A stretch of DNA of 63,168 nucleotides, counting the filler, from Octopus bimaculoides (lineage: Eukaryota), in assembly GCF_001194135.2 (NCBI RefSeq). It is 7 parts of 4 records of this genome, joined end to end, with 100 filler letters (N's around TTAATTAATTAA, not from the genome) between each part and the next. Parts side by side here need not be neighbours in the genome. Positions count along the whole stretch, not along the records: positions 30,697 to 45,981 come from NC_069008.1; positions 46,082 to 50,260 come from NC_068983.1; positions 50,361 to 56,703 come from NC_068981.1; 4 more parts are not named here. One strand, written 5' to 3'. Each line of letters starts with the position of its first letter. The first letter of the stretch is position 1. The notes under the pieces were generated by a model, which was not told the origin of the DNA, searched no databases, and saw only the letters and a program-made list of their open reading frames with translations. Positions 38,720 through 53,665 of this stretch are shown here, one piece after another. The translations under genes were made by a program, and so were the position numbers.

Positions 38720-38895
38720 GTTTTGGGATTTGTTTTGCAAGATTCTTTATGTGAGTTCGTGTGTTGAAGCATATTTTGTTGTGTCTGGGGAGAGTCATTC
38801 TCTTTTTGTGCCTTATTATTTAATTAACTCACAGGTAAAGTTTCCACTCATTTATTTTTCCTAAAATTTTCGTTCCGTCTTGCAAACTTTTCAAT
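38720..38895 (+). repeat. Non-folded copy of the 26620 repeat family
   Basis: GATTCTTTATGTGAGTTCGTGTGTTGAAGCATATT.TGTTGTGTCTGGGGAGAGTCATT... shared with 26640. Confidence 0.85.
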
Positions 38896-39342
38896 AGTTG
38901 TTGACTCTGTCCGTTATCCGAGCTGCTTTCTTTTTGTTTGTTTGTGCGCATGTGTGTGGGTCAGTTTGTGTGCGCATACGCACGTATGTATGTATGTATG
39001 TATACATGCATATAAGAGTGTGTGTGTGTGTGCGTATGTATATGTATGCAAGTGTGTACGTTTGTATGTATGTATTCTGCATATCTATGTGTTGGTGTTT
39101 TCATATTTGTGTGTTTTTATGTGTGTGTGTGTTTGCATATATGTGTGCGTGCGTGTGAGTACCTCTGTCTCCTCGTGTGTGCATGTCTGAGTGTGTCTGT
39201 GTGTGGGTTTTTCTAACTATGTAATGTGTCTGTATGTATGGATGTGTGTCTCTATATGTGTTCTTGTGTGAAGTGAAGTGTGTGTGTATATGGTCATGTG
39301 TTTCAGTCTTCATTTGCGTATGAAGGAATTTAGAAATTGTGT

Positions 39343-39725
<383 letters not shown>

Positions 39726-40699
39726 TAGAGAAGAATAAAAGACTATAACCGTGCTAGCGAAATGTCAGTTTTCTTCAACATACATGCTGAACGCGGCTAA
39801 GAGTGTATATTACGTATATGCTTTCTGCATACGCCTCGAAACACATCGCAACTAGGTCATTAAAACACAGCGACGTTTACCTATACGTATATACATTATA
39901 TGTATATATAATTATACTTAAATCTATATGAACGATCATAACTTGTAAACTGTCAAAATGCAGTCAAACATAATGTCTAAAACTGATGATATATAAATCT
40001 ACAACAATAAGCAGATATAGCTTATGATAACCAGACATTCAGAGCAGTTATATGTGTAATGAAAAATATATCTGTGAGTCATCGGGAAGATAACTTCATT
40101 AAAAGGAAGCCACGATTATGGATTTTATCGACATGTTACTCAGTTTTAAGCCACTTTCAACTCATTGTTTAAAGTCTAGTCTCTATATTGAACGATTTGT
40201 AATAGTGTACTGCATGTAATAATATGTAGGCCGTGAACGAAGTATGCAAGCAATGTAGAGAATTGAAAATGTTAGAGTAAAACATTCAGTTCAGTTTATT
40301 AATTTAGTTCAAGCTTACAACATCACATCTAAGAATTTCCTGTCCATATCGAGTGACAGTCACCAGATGAGGTTGGTTGGTTGAATTATTTCTTATATTG
40401 ATTATTGTTAACGGGACTGGCTTAAGATTCAGAAATTCATGTTTGGGCGGCAGAAAATCGATAGGTTCGATACTCAACAATCAGAAAGATAAGTGCTGTC
40501 ATAGGTTCAATAGATGGTTGCATTTATTGAAACATAGATTGAAAAATAACATGAAAATGTAGCATTAGTTATATGTCAGTAAAAGTTTTAGGTTCGAATC
40601 CAGCTCGTTTCTGTATGTACATCAACATATAAGACACGAACCACATGTTGTTTTTTATACGATATTGTCCCAAACAAGTCTTGAGAGCAGTGTAGTACG

Positions 40700-41000
40700 A
40701 CCACAAAGAAGAAAAAGGAAAGGGCCCGCCTATTCAAAACATGTTGATTGACGGAGAGCTTAAGGGACTGAGTGTCACAGACCAGAAAGAAACAAGAAGG
40801 TAGAAGCGAGTTCCAGAAAGTAGCACTTTGAGGAAAGAAACTATAAGAACAACAAAGCTTATGACTAACAGGAAGCTCAACAGAGAAACGATGCGTCCGA
40901 AAAGAGAAGCAGGTAGCAGGTTTGAAGGTTTTTACTGAAGTTACTGGACGAGAAATTTCATCAGAGCAATGACCATACAATAAAATTTGTAACAATACAA
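40700..41000 (-). mobile_element. Non-LTR retrotransposon (CR1/L2/Jockey group) ORF2 C-terminal fragment
   Basis: YGHCSDEISRPV...THRFSVELPVSHKLCCSYSFFPQSATFWNSL. Confidence 0.7.
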
Positions 41001-41416
41001 TAAAATTTGTAAATACTTAATTAGACATGGCTACAGAATGAAGGAATGGAAATGTTTCTGTTGAAAAGACAATTGTTTCTGATGCCCTTTTTTCCAACTG
41101 AATCCAGATCTGCGATTCGTTTTCACCCCTGGTATACATTCCACCTTGGTTTTTCACACACAGAAAATGTAGTTTTCCTTCATTTTATTAAGTGTGAAAA
41201 ATAATTCATTATCTCCTTTCCTTCGCTTAAATATTGTAAAATTATGAATATAGCTGATTTTTTTGCATAGATAGGTTAATTGTAGTAAGGTTTCGGACAG
41301 TTTTCAAGGGTTGTATTTCGTCCATCAAACACCATCGTTACCACAGCTGTCAGGTTTTTCTATAACACAAGTTTCACCTGAAGCAATAACAAGTAATATA
41401 CAATATATGAGATATA

Positions 41417-41513
<97 letters not shown>

Positions 41514-41549
41514 TTTGTGTATGTGTATGTATGTATGTATGTATGTATG

Positions 41550-41940
41550 TATGTGCCCTTGGAAATACCTGTAAAAGTAAAGATGTAATTTACCAGTGTA
41601 CTGTCACAACACAGTTTACTAAAAGGATATACATAGGAGCTACCAAAATGAAATGAATCGAAGACTAGCCGCATACCAACACTCTTTCAAAAATAGAAAT
41701 AGCGTTAATTTGACCGGATTAAGTAAATATATTTGGGTACTTAAAGATAAAGATACTAGATTCGCTTTAGAATACAATATCTTCGCCTCCCCACCTTCGT
41801 ACAATGTAAAAAACAAGAAATGCCATCTTTGCATTAATAAAACATTTTTCATACTAGCGGCACAATACCCATTACTTAATTGAGGGAAGAGAGAAACCTA
41901 ACCTGCCTCCACAAGTGGGGGTTTACCTTCGCTAAATATG
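41550..41940 (+). mobile_element. Penelope-like element GIY-YIG endonuclease remnant
   Basis: KDVIYQCTVTT...RIYIGAT...HSFKN...LSKYIWVLKDK...YNVKNKKCHLCINKTFFIL...LLN, frameshifted. Confidence 0.85.
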
Positions 41941-42699
41941 AATAGCATTATAGACCCTTGCGCCATCCCCCAAAATAGCACCCAGAGACCTTCACCCCAG
42001 AAATAGTAGTTCTTGATATTAAATGAAGGCATATATAAACTCCTAGATTAAAGCTAGTTTAGTAAAATTACATTCCTGGGTCCTTTATGGGTGTTCCAAT
42101 AGTAATATCCCTATCCCTTCACCAACATATCCGAGTTTAAATCCCACCCCACACCCATAGAACTAATTACATAATATATATTTATTAAGCCATTTTCCCC
42201 TAATATAACCTACTCACCCACTTTAACAAATGCTAGTTCTTTCAATCATGAACCTAATTTGGAATACAGAGAGCATCAGTACTTAACTCCCAGTGATTAA
42301 TCCCCTTTATCCCCATCCCTCTAAGAGAGCCTGTACCCGCCATTTCAGCTAAAGCTGTACTGGCAACTAATTTTACTTATCTGAAACTCTTATACCATGG
42401 GTGAGCTTGTTTTCACTAGCTTCAATCTGGACTTAACAACTGGTGTTGGTGTGTTTACGTTCCTGTAACCTACCGGTTCGGCAAAAGAAACCGATAGGAT
42501 AAGTACCAGGCTTAACATGAAAATAAGTCCTGGAGTCGGTTCATTCGTTTAAAAAAAATAATAAATTGTTCAAGGTGGTGCTCTAGCATGGCCACAGTCT
42601 AATGACCGAAATAAATAAAAGATAAAAGGTACACAGTACAATATAGATGCATAAAAGCAGAAAACCATTTCAAGAGGAATAAGTTCGGGAATTAATAAG

Positions 42700-44450
42700 A
42701 ATCCTAATATCGTAAGAGTATGTTCTTACAATAAAAGATGTTGACTACTGTGTGATGGGCTGAAGTGGAATGAACATTACCAGCAGGATGACAGACAATA
42801 GTTAATACTTTATGGTACATTATCATTAATATCGACTTGGAGGTGAAGATCTTATCCAAAATTGTTTGTTGCTTATGATACATCATGGTTTTGTACAACT
42901 CAGTGGAGGAACTCCTCTCGCAATTTCTATGTTATGTTCACAATTCGGAGCATTATCAGTAAAAACCAGCAGATCTTCCTCTGTCAGAGCCAACCCTTTA
43001 ACAATAATATTTTATCGTCAATTTAAGTGGTGAAGATGGAACTTCCATTATTTCCCCTGCAATCAGAGCTTGTGCTTTTTATAACCGTATCAGTTACTCG
43101 TTAAATAAACTTTCTCTGTGTGACACATAGAGTCACATCATCCTTTATGACTTCTTCGAATCCTACATCCTTTGCAAGTGTCAGAGTATTTTTCTGGATT
43201 TGATGCAGAATTTCTACTTGAATAAAACTTGTAATGCCATTGCTACAGTCTGATCATATACTTTTCCAAGCACTATTCAAAGTTGAACGTTTTGCTTCAT
43301 TCCACAACTCAGTTTTATTATCCACAGCATCCATTATGCTGAATTTCTTCTAGAAATCTCCAACTGTAGGTTTGTCCTTCCTGTCAATTGCTTTCACAAG
43401 TTGTTCGAAAGTTCTTCTCATGTAATATGACTTTGAAGTTAGCTGTCACACCTTCATCCTTCGACAGGAGCAAAGAAGCTGTATTCTTGGGGATATATTC
43501 NNNNNNNNNNCAGGAGCAAAGGAGCTGTATTCTTGGGGATATATTCTATTCTCACATTATCAGAAAGGTCATCTACGTTTGCTGGGTCGCTCAGTGTATT
43601 GTCTAGAAGTAATGTTCTGTTGGAAATATTATGCTGGCACTGTCCCAGACATAATCAGCCATGCCAAATCAGTAGTTGGTTAAACTTCGTGTAATCCATG
43701 AAAGCCCTTAGATTTTTGGAGTGATACACGTGTAGGGGTTTTAATTCCATATTACCAGCAGCATTTCCTCCCAAAAGAAGTTTCAGATAATTTTTAGAAG
43801 CTTTAAATCCTGGTGTTGATTTTTATTTTCAAAAAATAAAAGTTATAGCAGGCATGCACTTCTAGAAAATTGCAGTCTCATTAACTTTGTATACTTGCTC
43901 TGGTGTGTAACTCCCTTCAACGATTGTTTTCTTTAACTGCTCAGGATAATTAATAGCAACCACTGTATCAACACTTGCAGTCTCAACAGTCATTTTTATG
44001 TTGTGCAAATTCATGTGCTTCTTAAAACTTTCAAACCAGGCTTCAAAAGAAGTTTCACCTTCCTTTTCTGCAAATCATCATATAAACTTTTGGCTCTTTT
44101 TTGATTTCCCATCATGTTTATCGGCTCATTTCACTGATTCTGAACCTGGATCAATACATTCAGGAGTCACTCCATTTTAAGCATTACATTAGATCTATGG
44201 AAAAATAAGATCCAGGCAGTTAACAGAGTGGCTTCTTGAGCACTTGACATGATTTTCTCTCTGTTGTCCCACAGTAGACATTGTTGTCCTGCAGTATTGT
44301 TCCCACAGTGAATATTGGAAGATCTAATGTTTTGACAATATAACTGAGTTTTACTTCTGCTTCAAGTCTTTTTGCAACATCAAGTTTAATATCTTGTGCA
44401 ATCCCTTTGCGGTTCCTTTTTGCACAACTGCCTTCAGTTCCCACTTGATA
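42700..44450 (-). mobile_element. Tigger/pogo-like transposase, heavily decayed
   Basis: CENP-B-type [23 protein letters not shown]...IFTVGTIL; then SFEAWFESFKKHMNLHNIK, YTPEQVYKVNET, PGFKASK...LLLGGNAAG. Confidence 0.85.
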
Positions 44451-45039
44451 GCTTCTTTCCAGACATCTTAGATTGAAGGCAAATCCAACAGCGGCAGCAA
44501 TTAATTATCCACAACAAATATGTAGTAAAAAAATTGGTCCAGGAACGATCTGTTTCTGTGAGAGCGGAAAATTGTCTTCTTATAGATGTAACAATGAGAA
44601 TGAGATGAAAAGGCGAAGGACTGAGAAAGAGAAAGTACTATGTAATAACAGTTAGCTGAAGGATCACACAATTTTATAGGCAATTCACCCCTTGCGTTCC
44701 TGACTTAAGAAATAAATAAATACACACACACACATTCGCACGTACGTACATACACACACATTCATATATATATGTGCCTCTGTGTGTGTATGTGTATGTG
44801 TATGTGTGTGTGTCTACTCTCACTATGTACTCATACATACATGTGTGTATGTGTGCGCAAATATGTGTGTAGCGTGATAATTTTTCAAGTAGTTATCTGT
44901 ATACTTTGATCTTGACTAAAACACAAGTGGCCATTGTGTTAAGATGAAGTACGTTGTTTTAAATTGTTAACACTTTAAAACTACGCAATATGCGTTCCCG
45001 TGAAAGTGAAATTACAGACCGTATCCTAGAATTACTGGT

Positions 45040-45683
45040 CCCTACTTCACAATTCCCGTACGCGTGAAATCCTGTAACCTAAGGTAGCCGGAATGTGAGG
45101 GATAGCTGCACAAATATTTGGGGACCAATGACAGAGTACTTTCGCTTGATAAAAATTGTTTTACCAGGGCAAGCAGTCCACCTTGGAATTTATCACTTGC
45201 ATCATTCGTACGGATAGTAGTAAAGGTCTTATTCAGAGCCAACCTCATGGTAGCGATTCCACCACCTCTCTTTCTCACCAAGCTCGGATTCCATTGCACA
45301 TATCTTCCATCACCTTATCCTGCAAGAGATGCTGCAATTGTCCTGCAATCGATACCACCAGAAATCCTGCCGACCACGGTTTCGTAATCTCTTCTGCAGC
45401 CGGCCATGTCACGTTTTTCAGCCTTTACAGTGTTCTCAGTGCATTGAGCAGCGGCCATGATATCGGCATTTTGATACTCGGTGCGAATCATGGTCCATGT
45501 AATTCTTTTCCAAAATTCAAATGGCTCTCAGTCCTCCATGCCAGCTAACCTTTTCTCAACTGCAACTTCAGTCTTAATGCTCTCCCACACCATTGACTGT
45601 TCACTAATACAGTACATAAAACTTGTTACGGAGAAGGAGAGACGCATAGAAATCATCAAATTTAGCCTGAGCACCCTTTATAC
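45040..45683 (-). mobile_element. maT/DD37D-like Tc1-mariner 5' fragment
   Basis: Terminus TAAAGGGTGCTCAGGCTAAATTTG resembles the reverse complement of the 59519 end (TACAGGTTGCGGTGAATAAATTG); degenerate HTH-like coding (ADIMAAAQCTENTVKA). Confidence 0.5.
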
Positions 45684-45835
45684 AAAAGTGGTAAGAAGTT
45701 TGCTTCCCAGCAACATGGTGTTGAGTGCAGTCCCACTATTTGGCTACTTCGCTACTTCGCACACTGTGTCTTCTACCATATCAGTTCAAAGCCTTGTGAG
45801 TGGATCTAGACGACACAAACTGAAATAAGCTCTTC

Positions 45836-45942
<107 letters not shown>

Positions 45943-46025
45943 TATTTATATGTATATATATATTTATATGTTTATTTATTTNNNNNNNNNNNNNNNNNNN
46001 NNNNNNNNNNNNNNNNNNNNNNNNN

Positions 46026-46037
46026 TTAATTAATTAA
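46026..46037. other. Artificial contig-join linker
   Basis: 44 N + TTAATTAATTAA + 44 N. Confidence 0.95.
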
Positions 46038-46081
46038 NNNNNNNNNNNNNNNNNNNNNNNNNNNNNNNNNNNNNNNNNNNN

Positions 46082-46160
<79 letters not shown>

Positions 46161-47835
46161 TTGAAGCAGCGAGCTGGCAAAGCCGTTAGCACGCTGCACG
46201 ATATACTTAGCAGTATTTCGCCCGTCGCTACGATCTGAGTTCAAATTCCGCCGATGTCGACTTTGCGTTTCATCCTTTCGGGGGTTGATAAATTGAGTAC
46301 CAGTTGAATACTGAAGTCAATGTAACCAGCTTAACCACACCACCCAAATTTCAGGCCTTGTGCCTATAATAGAAAGGATTATTATTATTGTTATTGTTTT
46401 TGTTGTTGCTGTTGTTATTAAGGCGGCAAGCTTAGCGGCATTTCGTCAGTCTATATGTTCCGTGTTCAAAGTCTACTGAGATCAATTTAACCTTTCATCT
46501 GTTCGGGGTCAATAGAATAAGAACTAGTTGATCACTGGGGTCGAAGTAGTTGAATGTCTTACGTAGGATGTGGGTTGTGCATAGTTGGGCTATGAACAAA
46601 TAGCAAAGTCGCGATCTTTGGTATGATTTCTATGTTTTTTTTCCACATTTTCTCATTAACTAGCAATCCGCTATTGGTCAACTTTGCATTTTTTTTTTTT
46701 TTGCCGTACGGAAAGCCTATTTCCATTCAAATCTTTGTATTTTGACATCTTTTCAATCTCCTGCTTAATGCTTAGTTCAGACGGGGGCAAGATGTCTATT
46801 AAGGAACATACTTTCGTTCCAGTCATTAAGAATGTCTTGTGGACAGTTTAGCTTCATCGATTACTTTGTCAGGGATACAACATATAAATAAGGTCTTGTC
46901 TTTCTCATGTACCATGATTAGTACACGTTTTTTTTTACCCATATTTTAACCGTTGTTACTTACATGTGCCGGTATACTACCCCGTGGACATAACAACAGA
47001 CGCGATCGAGTCTAACAAATACTGGAAAACTGGAAATATGATCAATAGTCTCATTGTATTGAAATCAAAATCGATATTTGATGTAGGCAAGTTTCATTAT
47101 TTTAGGTTTACAATTACTTTTGCTAAGCAATGGCAGATAAACCCAGACCTATTTCTGTCTTTAGTTCAAGCTACCAAGCCATTGCTGGTTTATACATTGG
47201 TATACTTCCTGTATGTCGTGTTGAGTCAAACTGAATATTGGCCATGGAGTGTTTTTTCCTAATTTCTTTTTTAGTACGTTTTTCAATTCTGCTTTAACCT
47301 TGTTTTGTTATTAGTTAGTTTGGCTGTGTTTTGTCCTTATGTGCATACTTAGCTTCAAGTTTGTGTTTTATTGTTTCCTTACTTTTGAAAGTCTTGCTTC
47401 GTCTAATCAAGTTTTCTTCACAATAAACCTCTGTAAATTCGTTGACCTGTTCGCATTTCTAAATTTTCCACGCTTCGTTTTTTTTATTCTTCACAGATTA
47501 TACGCCTTTTTTTTATTACCCGTCTTTATGAATATAGTGATGGTATTCAGTAGGAGTATGACTCTTCAATATAATGTCCATTGGTTGACTGCTTGCTTTT
47601 AATTTCATTTTTACTTTGGTCGCTATCAGTGAAAAACCTGTGTGGCCTTCGGTACTGGACTATTACAGTATTTTCATATCGAGATCACATTAAATTTATG
47701 TAGACTATTCTTCACATGTCCTGATATGGGCAGTAATATTTTTGTTGCTAGTTCATTCTTCCGTGGACATACTTGGTCTGCTTTAACTAGTCTTGGTCTA
47801 TTTTTTGTTCGTTTTTGTACTTATTCAAAAGTTGG

Positions 47836-48221
47836 AGTGGGGGTGCAATGGCCCAGTGGTTAGGGCAGCGGAGTCGCGGTCATAGGATCGCGGTTTCGAT
47901 TCCCAGACCAGGCGTTGTCAGTATTTATTGAGCGAAAACACCTAAAGCTCCACGAGGCTCCGGCAGGGGATGGTGGCGAACCCTGCTGTACTCTTTCACC
48001 ACAACTTTCTCTCACTCTTACTTCCTGTTTCTCTTGTGCCTGTAATTCAAAGAGTCAGCCTTGTCACACTGTGTCACGCTGAATATCCCCGAGAACTACG
48101 TTAAGGGTACACGTGACTGTGGAGTGCTCAGCCACTTGCGCGTTAATTTCACGAGCCGGCTGTTCCGTTGATCGGATCAACTGGAAACCTCGACGTCGTA
48201 AGCGACGGAGCGCCAACAACA
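47836..48221 (+). mobile_element. Full-length tRNA-derived SINE with a 13-bp TSD
   Basis: ATTCAAAAGTTGG at 47823-47835 and 48222-48234; tRNA-like A/B boxes; (CAA)n end. Confidence 0.92.
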
Positions 48222-48936
48222 ATTCAAAAGTTGGTATCGCTTATCTTTTTTTTTTTCTGGGTCCAAACAGTGCACTTGTTTCTTATCTCTCCTTTTATAA
48301 ATTACTTAAGTAACATAATTTTTTATTAAAAAAATACTTGTAAGATATAAAATAGGTATCAACAGCTTTTACTAGAATTCTTTCGTCATTTACTCTTAGT
48401 ATTCAAAAGTCTGTTGAGTTTTGTTTTGCTTGTCTCATGCTGGGTTTTTTCTCATCTAAGCATATGTTGATCATTATTTAACAATATACTTTATATATAA
48501 TAATCACTTGTAAGTCATAAGCTAAGTATCAGCTGTACTTACCCAGGACCTTTTCTCAATGTTTTGTTTATGTTCATACATTTCGTTTTGTTTTGCTAGT
48601 TCCAATTGCTCACGGTTTCTCGTTTACGCACGTGTGGATCATTATTTAAACAATATATTTTACGCGTATTAATTACTTGCATGACATAAAAATATGTATC
48701 TGTAGTAATTAATAGGATCATTTCGTTCCGTTTTTGTTTTATTTAACAATACATTTTGTGATAATCACATGTCATTTGTACTTAGATCAGATCGTTTATT
48801 TCAAAATAAAGTCTTGTGTTTATTTCGTAAATAAACGCCCGAGTTATTTTCCGTCTACGTATGTGTAGATCGTAATTACTATTACAATTGCTGCTGTAGT
48901 CGTTGTTGTTGTTGTTGTTACCGGACTTGTGCCAAA

Positions 48937-48982
<46 letters not shown>

Positions 48983-49958
48983 GCTGCTAGTGTTATCATT
49001 GTTATTGCACAGTTGCCGTTACACGGTAATTTAGTTAGCAGAGATAATTAACCTGAAGTTTGGTGACAGCATGTCTCGCCAACTCATATCTCAAATATCT
49101 TTCTTACGATTCTAGTAAAACACGAGCTGGCGCTTTTCTCCAGCTCAACAATAGGAGTTGCAATTCCAGTAGCTTTCGGGTAGCTATTCGGGGTGTCGTG
49201 TGGTGTACATGAATTGCTACAGGAACAATTTTCACCCTGTGCTCCACAATCTCGTAATTTCTCTGGCTCCGTCTTCATATTTCTCAATTTTGCTTTTCAC
49301 GCCAAAGTAAGTGATCTTAGAGTTTTTCTTTCTTTTTTTCTCTTCGCAATCGTATTTGTTCTTATTGATTCGATAGCATGATGAATCTCAATGAAGAAAA
49401 GCCATAGAGTCTTGTAATAATCATTCAAAATGACAGCCTCTGGTTTGTGTTTAAAGGCGTTAGCATACCGGACAAATTTATCAGCGGTATCCTTCCAGCT
49501 CTTTACGCTCTGAGTTCAAACCCTATCGAGGCCAATTTGGCCTTTTTTCCTTTAGGGACTGATAAAATAAAGGCGGTGAATCGACAGAATCGTTAGCACG
49601 CCTGGCAAAATGCATAGCGCCTTTTCGTCCACCTTTACATTCTGAGTTCAAATGCAGTCCGAGCAGATTTTGTCTTTTATCTTTTGGGGCTCAATAAAAG
49701 ATGTACCAGTCGAGAAATGAGGTCGATGTAATCGATTAGTCTCTTGACCCAAAATTTCAGGTTTGTGCTTAGAATAGAAAAGATTATTATTAAGATTTTT
49801 CTTTTAATGAGATTTTGTTGGAACTCCTGGAGTCTTGTTTGCCTAGCGGGTTTGCTATCTACAGCCTTTGGTACCATGCTCTCTGTTCTTTTCAACTAAT
49901 ACTTTCTTGATGATTATGGTCGTGCAAACCATTTTTGTAACAGCTCTACTGGGCACTC

Positions 49959-50015
<57 letters not shown>

Positions 50016-50214
50016 CATCATTATTATTATTATGGCACTCCGGGCAAAATGCTTAGCGTCCGTCTTTACGTTCTGAGTTCAAATTCTGCCCAGGTCTATT
50101 TTGCCTTTTATCCTTTCACGGTCGATGAATTAAGTACCAGTAAAACATTGGGGTCGACGTAATCGACTAGTTACCTTCCCCAAAATTTCAGGCCTTGTTT
50201 ATATTAGAAAGGAT

Positions 50215-50260
<46 letters not shown>

Positions 50261-50304
50261 NNNNNNNNNNNNNNNNNNNNNNNNNNNNNNNNNNNNNNNN
50301 NNNN

Positions 50305-50316
50305 TTAATTAATTAA
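50305..50316. other. Artificial contig-join linker
   Basis: 44 N + TTAATTAATTAA + 44 N. Confidence 0.95.
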
Positions 50317-50472
50317 NNNNNNNNNNNNNNNNNNNNNNNNNNNNNNNNNNNNNNNNNNNNAAAAAATTCCAACAAAATGTGGACAGTAAAAGGTCAAATA
50401 AACGTTTACCTTCGCAGCCGATGTGACAGCACGTCCGTGAGAAGAGATAGATGGATAGATAGATAAATAGAC

Positions 50473-50507
<35 letters not shown>

Positions 50508-51045
50508 TAGATAGACAGACAGACAGACAGACAGTTGGATAGATAGATAGATAAATAGATAGGCAGATAGATAGATGCGAGCGTGCATGCACGTGCAAGT
50601 CCATTTCTATCCACACACAGAACATGAACACACACGCAAGGGAGTTTTCCTACATAAATATTGAGTCAACCAATCTTTTAGATCCAGATAATTATGTTTG
50701 TAAATGCGCAGGTGGAAACGTCTATATGAATGAATATGCGTACGTACGTAGGTACATACATATAAATATATATATATTTATATATACATACATATAAATA
50801 TACACACATGCATACATGTATGATATCTTTCATGTGTCTGTATACGCTTATCTTTGTCTGTGTCCGTGTGTGGGGAAGGGGGTGGTGTGGGTGTGGGGGC
50901 ATATTGCGTGAACTTGCAGCAGCTCGGCACCACAAGCAAATATCGTAAATCAAATCAACGTAGGAAGCTAGAGTTAATCGAATCCCGATTATGTTTTCTT
51001 TTATTTTCAGGTCGTTAGTTTACAGAAGAAATATTGTATTACGCT

Positions 51046-51100
51046 GAGACTTCAACGAGACTTCAATGAGACTTGAACGAAACTTCAACGAGACTTCAAA
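51046..51100 (+). repeat. 5 x 11-bp tandem repeat (GAGACTTCAAC)
   Basis: GAGACTTCAAC GAGACTTCAAT GAGACTTGAAC GAAACTTCAAC GAGACTTCAAA. Confidence 0.9.
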
Positions 51101-52062
51101 GGCTCGTGTCTGTTCTTTGCTACAGTCACAACTAATAAATATATGGGTTTCAGGAAGTTACAAGAGCGTGGCCAATCTGTCGATTGACTTGATAAAGATA
51201 GCAGTCAAATCGACTTCAAATTGTATCTTGGTATCTTACCAAAAGGAAGGACACTTTGTGACAAAGACAAAGAGGAATAGAGGGAGGGGGTAATAAGACA
51301 GAAATCCTGGTTTTTACCCCAGTTTAAAACCCCTTTCGAAGATTTGTACATTTGCCTCTGCAATGATTCTGCAGGAATTCAGATTCTTAATAAAACGCGC
51401 GTGCACATGCGCACGCACACACGTTTTTCTCCACCGCTCTGCTGCTTCTAGCAGAATTACCCACCATTTCCCTTATAACGAGGTATCACATGGCTACAAG
51501 AGCATACATTTCGGAGTGAGGAAGTGGGGCGGGGGCGGGGTGGTAGATTACTATTAATCTCATCACCTCTCAAATTATGAAGGCATTAAAGGTAAATTAA
51601 AGCCAATGGAATTTTTATTGAAATTGCAAAGGGCAAGACGTTTCATCATAACAACAGGTGTCTTTTGACTAAGGACGAATTAAATTAAGCTGGCGTGTGT
51701 GAAAATAAAGCCTTATGACAGGGATACAAGATTTCACAGGCACAGGGGGGGAATATCGATGTTGCACGCACAACGGCCAGTCAAGAAAGAAAGATCAGGT
51801 TTGGCCGAACGCCGGTCACGTGGGAAGAGAAGAGACAGTGGTAGAGGCAGAGGGACAAAAGAATTAAGGAGGGGCGAGAAAAAAATGACAGGGACACAGT
51901 GAAGTGAAAAGTGGAGGGAAAGTGAGCAAGAAGAGAAGGCAAGGAATGTGAGGGGGGGGGGACGAAAGAACGAAGAGTGGAATGAACGAATAAGGATGAA
52001 AGGGCTGATAGACAGAAATAGAGTCGTACAAGATTTAGGCGTATATACATAATCATATGTGC

Positions 52063-52120
<58 letters not shown>

Positions 52121-52322
52121 GTATGTATATACGCGTACATACATCCTAAAACAAACGCCCACAGGCACACTCAGACATACATGCATATGTATACAAAGCT
52201 ATAAATGCATTGTTGCAAGAAATGTGTACGTTTCATAGATAAACCTGGTTGTATTTTCGTATGCTATACGTATTCATAAGTGCTTTCATAAATGTGTATA
52301 CGAGACCACACACACGCACGCA

Positions 52323-52366
<44 letters not shown>

Positions 52367-52376
52367 NNNNNNNNNN

Positions 52377-52430
<54 letters not shown>

Positions 52431-52599
52431 ACATGTTTCCTTTGGATCAAATCATACATAAAATGAATTTAACATGAAATTGACGGATTAACTTACATTC
52501 TTTTGTTGAGTATATAAACTTAGATAAAACTTAGATATGTTTCTACCAAAGATTGGTCCAGGCCATGCCTAACTTAATAACACCACCTAATAGGATTAT

Positions 52600-52975
52600 C
52601 TAAATCCTTTTTAAGTCAAGTTTTGTTTCTGGTCCATTCAAGTAGTGAGTTCTTATTGAGTGAGTTGTATCCAGGTATGGATGGCTTGTCTGGTATTCCG
52701 TGAAGAAATCTGTCTAGACTCCGCTTAAAGCTGATAGGATCCTTTTTCTCTTTTATCTGTTTCGGGACAATGTTAAACAGGGCGGGGCCTGTTGAGGAAA
52801 AGAAATTGTGTCGCAATGTACCTATATGTTGTGATCCTGAATTGGGCAGGGGACGTATGGCCCGTGGTCCCAGCCTTGGATGAACCTTGAAACAAATGTT
52901 CAGGTCGTTTGGGCAATGCTGGCGGTATATTCTCCACATCGTAACCATTTGAGAGGTTGCAAGTGATCTCGGTGT
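52600..52975 (-). mobile_element. CR1-like LINE ORF2 C-terminus
   Basis: HPRLGPRAIRP...NFFSSTGPALFNIVPKQIKE...FKRSLDRFLHGIPDKP...NSLLEW. Confidence 0.8.
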
Positions 52976-53284
52976 TTTGGCTGGCTGGCCTTCTTCATCA
53001 TATACCAATTCCCCTTATTTTATACTCTTTCTAACTTGCACTCAGTTTGGGTCTTACCCTTTCTAATTTACCTTCCTATTATTCTCTTTGCTACCAATTC
53101 CCCCCTGTCTCTGTTTCTCTCTCTTTCCCTTCCCCTCTCTTTAACTTCAAGTTATAAAACACTGTATCACACTTGCACACGCACATACGCACTCGCACAC
53201 ACTTGTATACTCAAATGATATGTACATGTATGGATATATATACACACACATATGCACAAATATATATAAAGAAATATATACATA

Positions 53285-53665
53285 GGCGTAGGATTGGCTG
53301 TGTGGTAAGTAGCTTGCTTACCAACCACATGGTTCCGGGTTCAGTCCCGCTGCGTGGCTCCTTGGACAAATGTCTTCTACTATAGCCTCGAGCCAACCAA
53401 GGCCGTGTGAGTGGATTTGGTAGACGGAAACTAAAAGAAGCCCGTCGTATATATATATGTGTGTGTGTGTCTATATGTGTATATGTTTGTGTATCTGTGT
53501 TTATCCCCCACCGTCGCTTGACAACCGACGTTGGTTTGTTTACGTCCCCGTAACTTAGCGGTTCGGTAAAAGAGTACTAGGCTTACAAAGAATAAGTCTT
53601 GGGGTCGATTTGTTCGACTAAAGGAGATGCTCCAGCATAGCCGCAGTCAAATGACTGAAACAAAT
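53285..53665 (+). mobile_element. CORE-like SINE, near full length
   Basis: Same family as 22770. Confidence 0.88.

Noticed and set aside
46560-47820. Strand-biased block with short minus-strand frames
   Set aside because: Many stops and no recognisable motif; it may be an old transposon but this is not supportable.
49084-49381. Overlapping ORFs on both strands; GSVFIFLNFAFHAK|GTAAGT resembles a GPCR TM7
   Set aside because: There is an in-frame stop upstream, the spacing does not fit TM6-TM7, and no good acceptor was found.
51046-51100. CRISPR-like array
   Set aside because: It is a spacer-less tandem repeat in a eukaryotic context.
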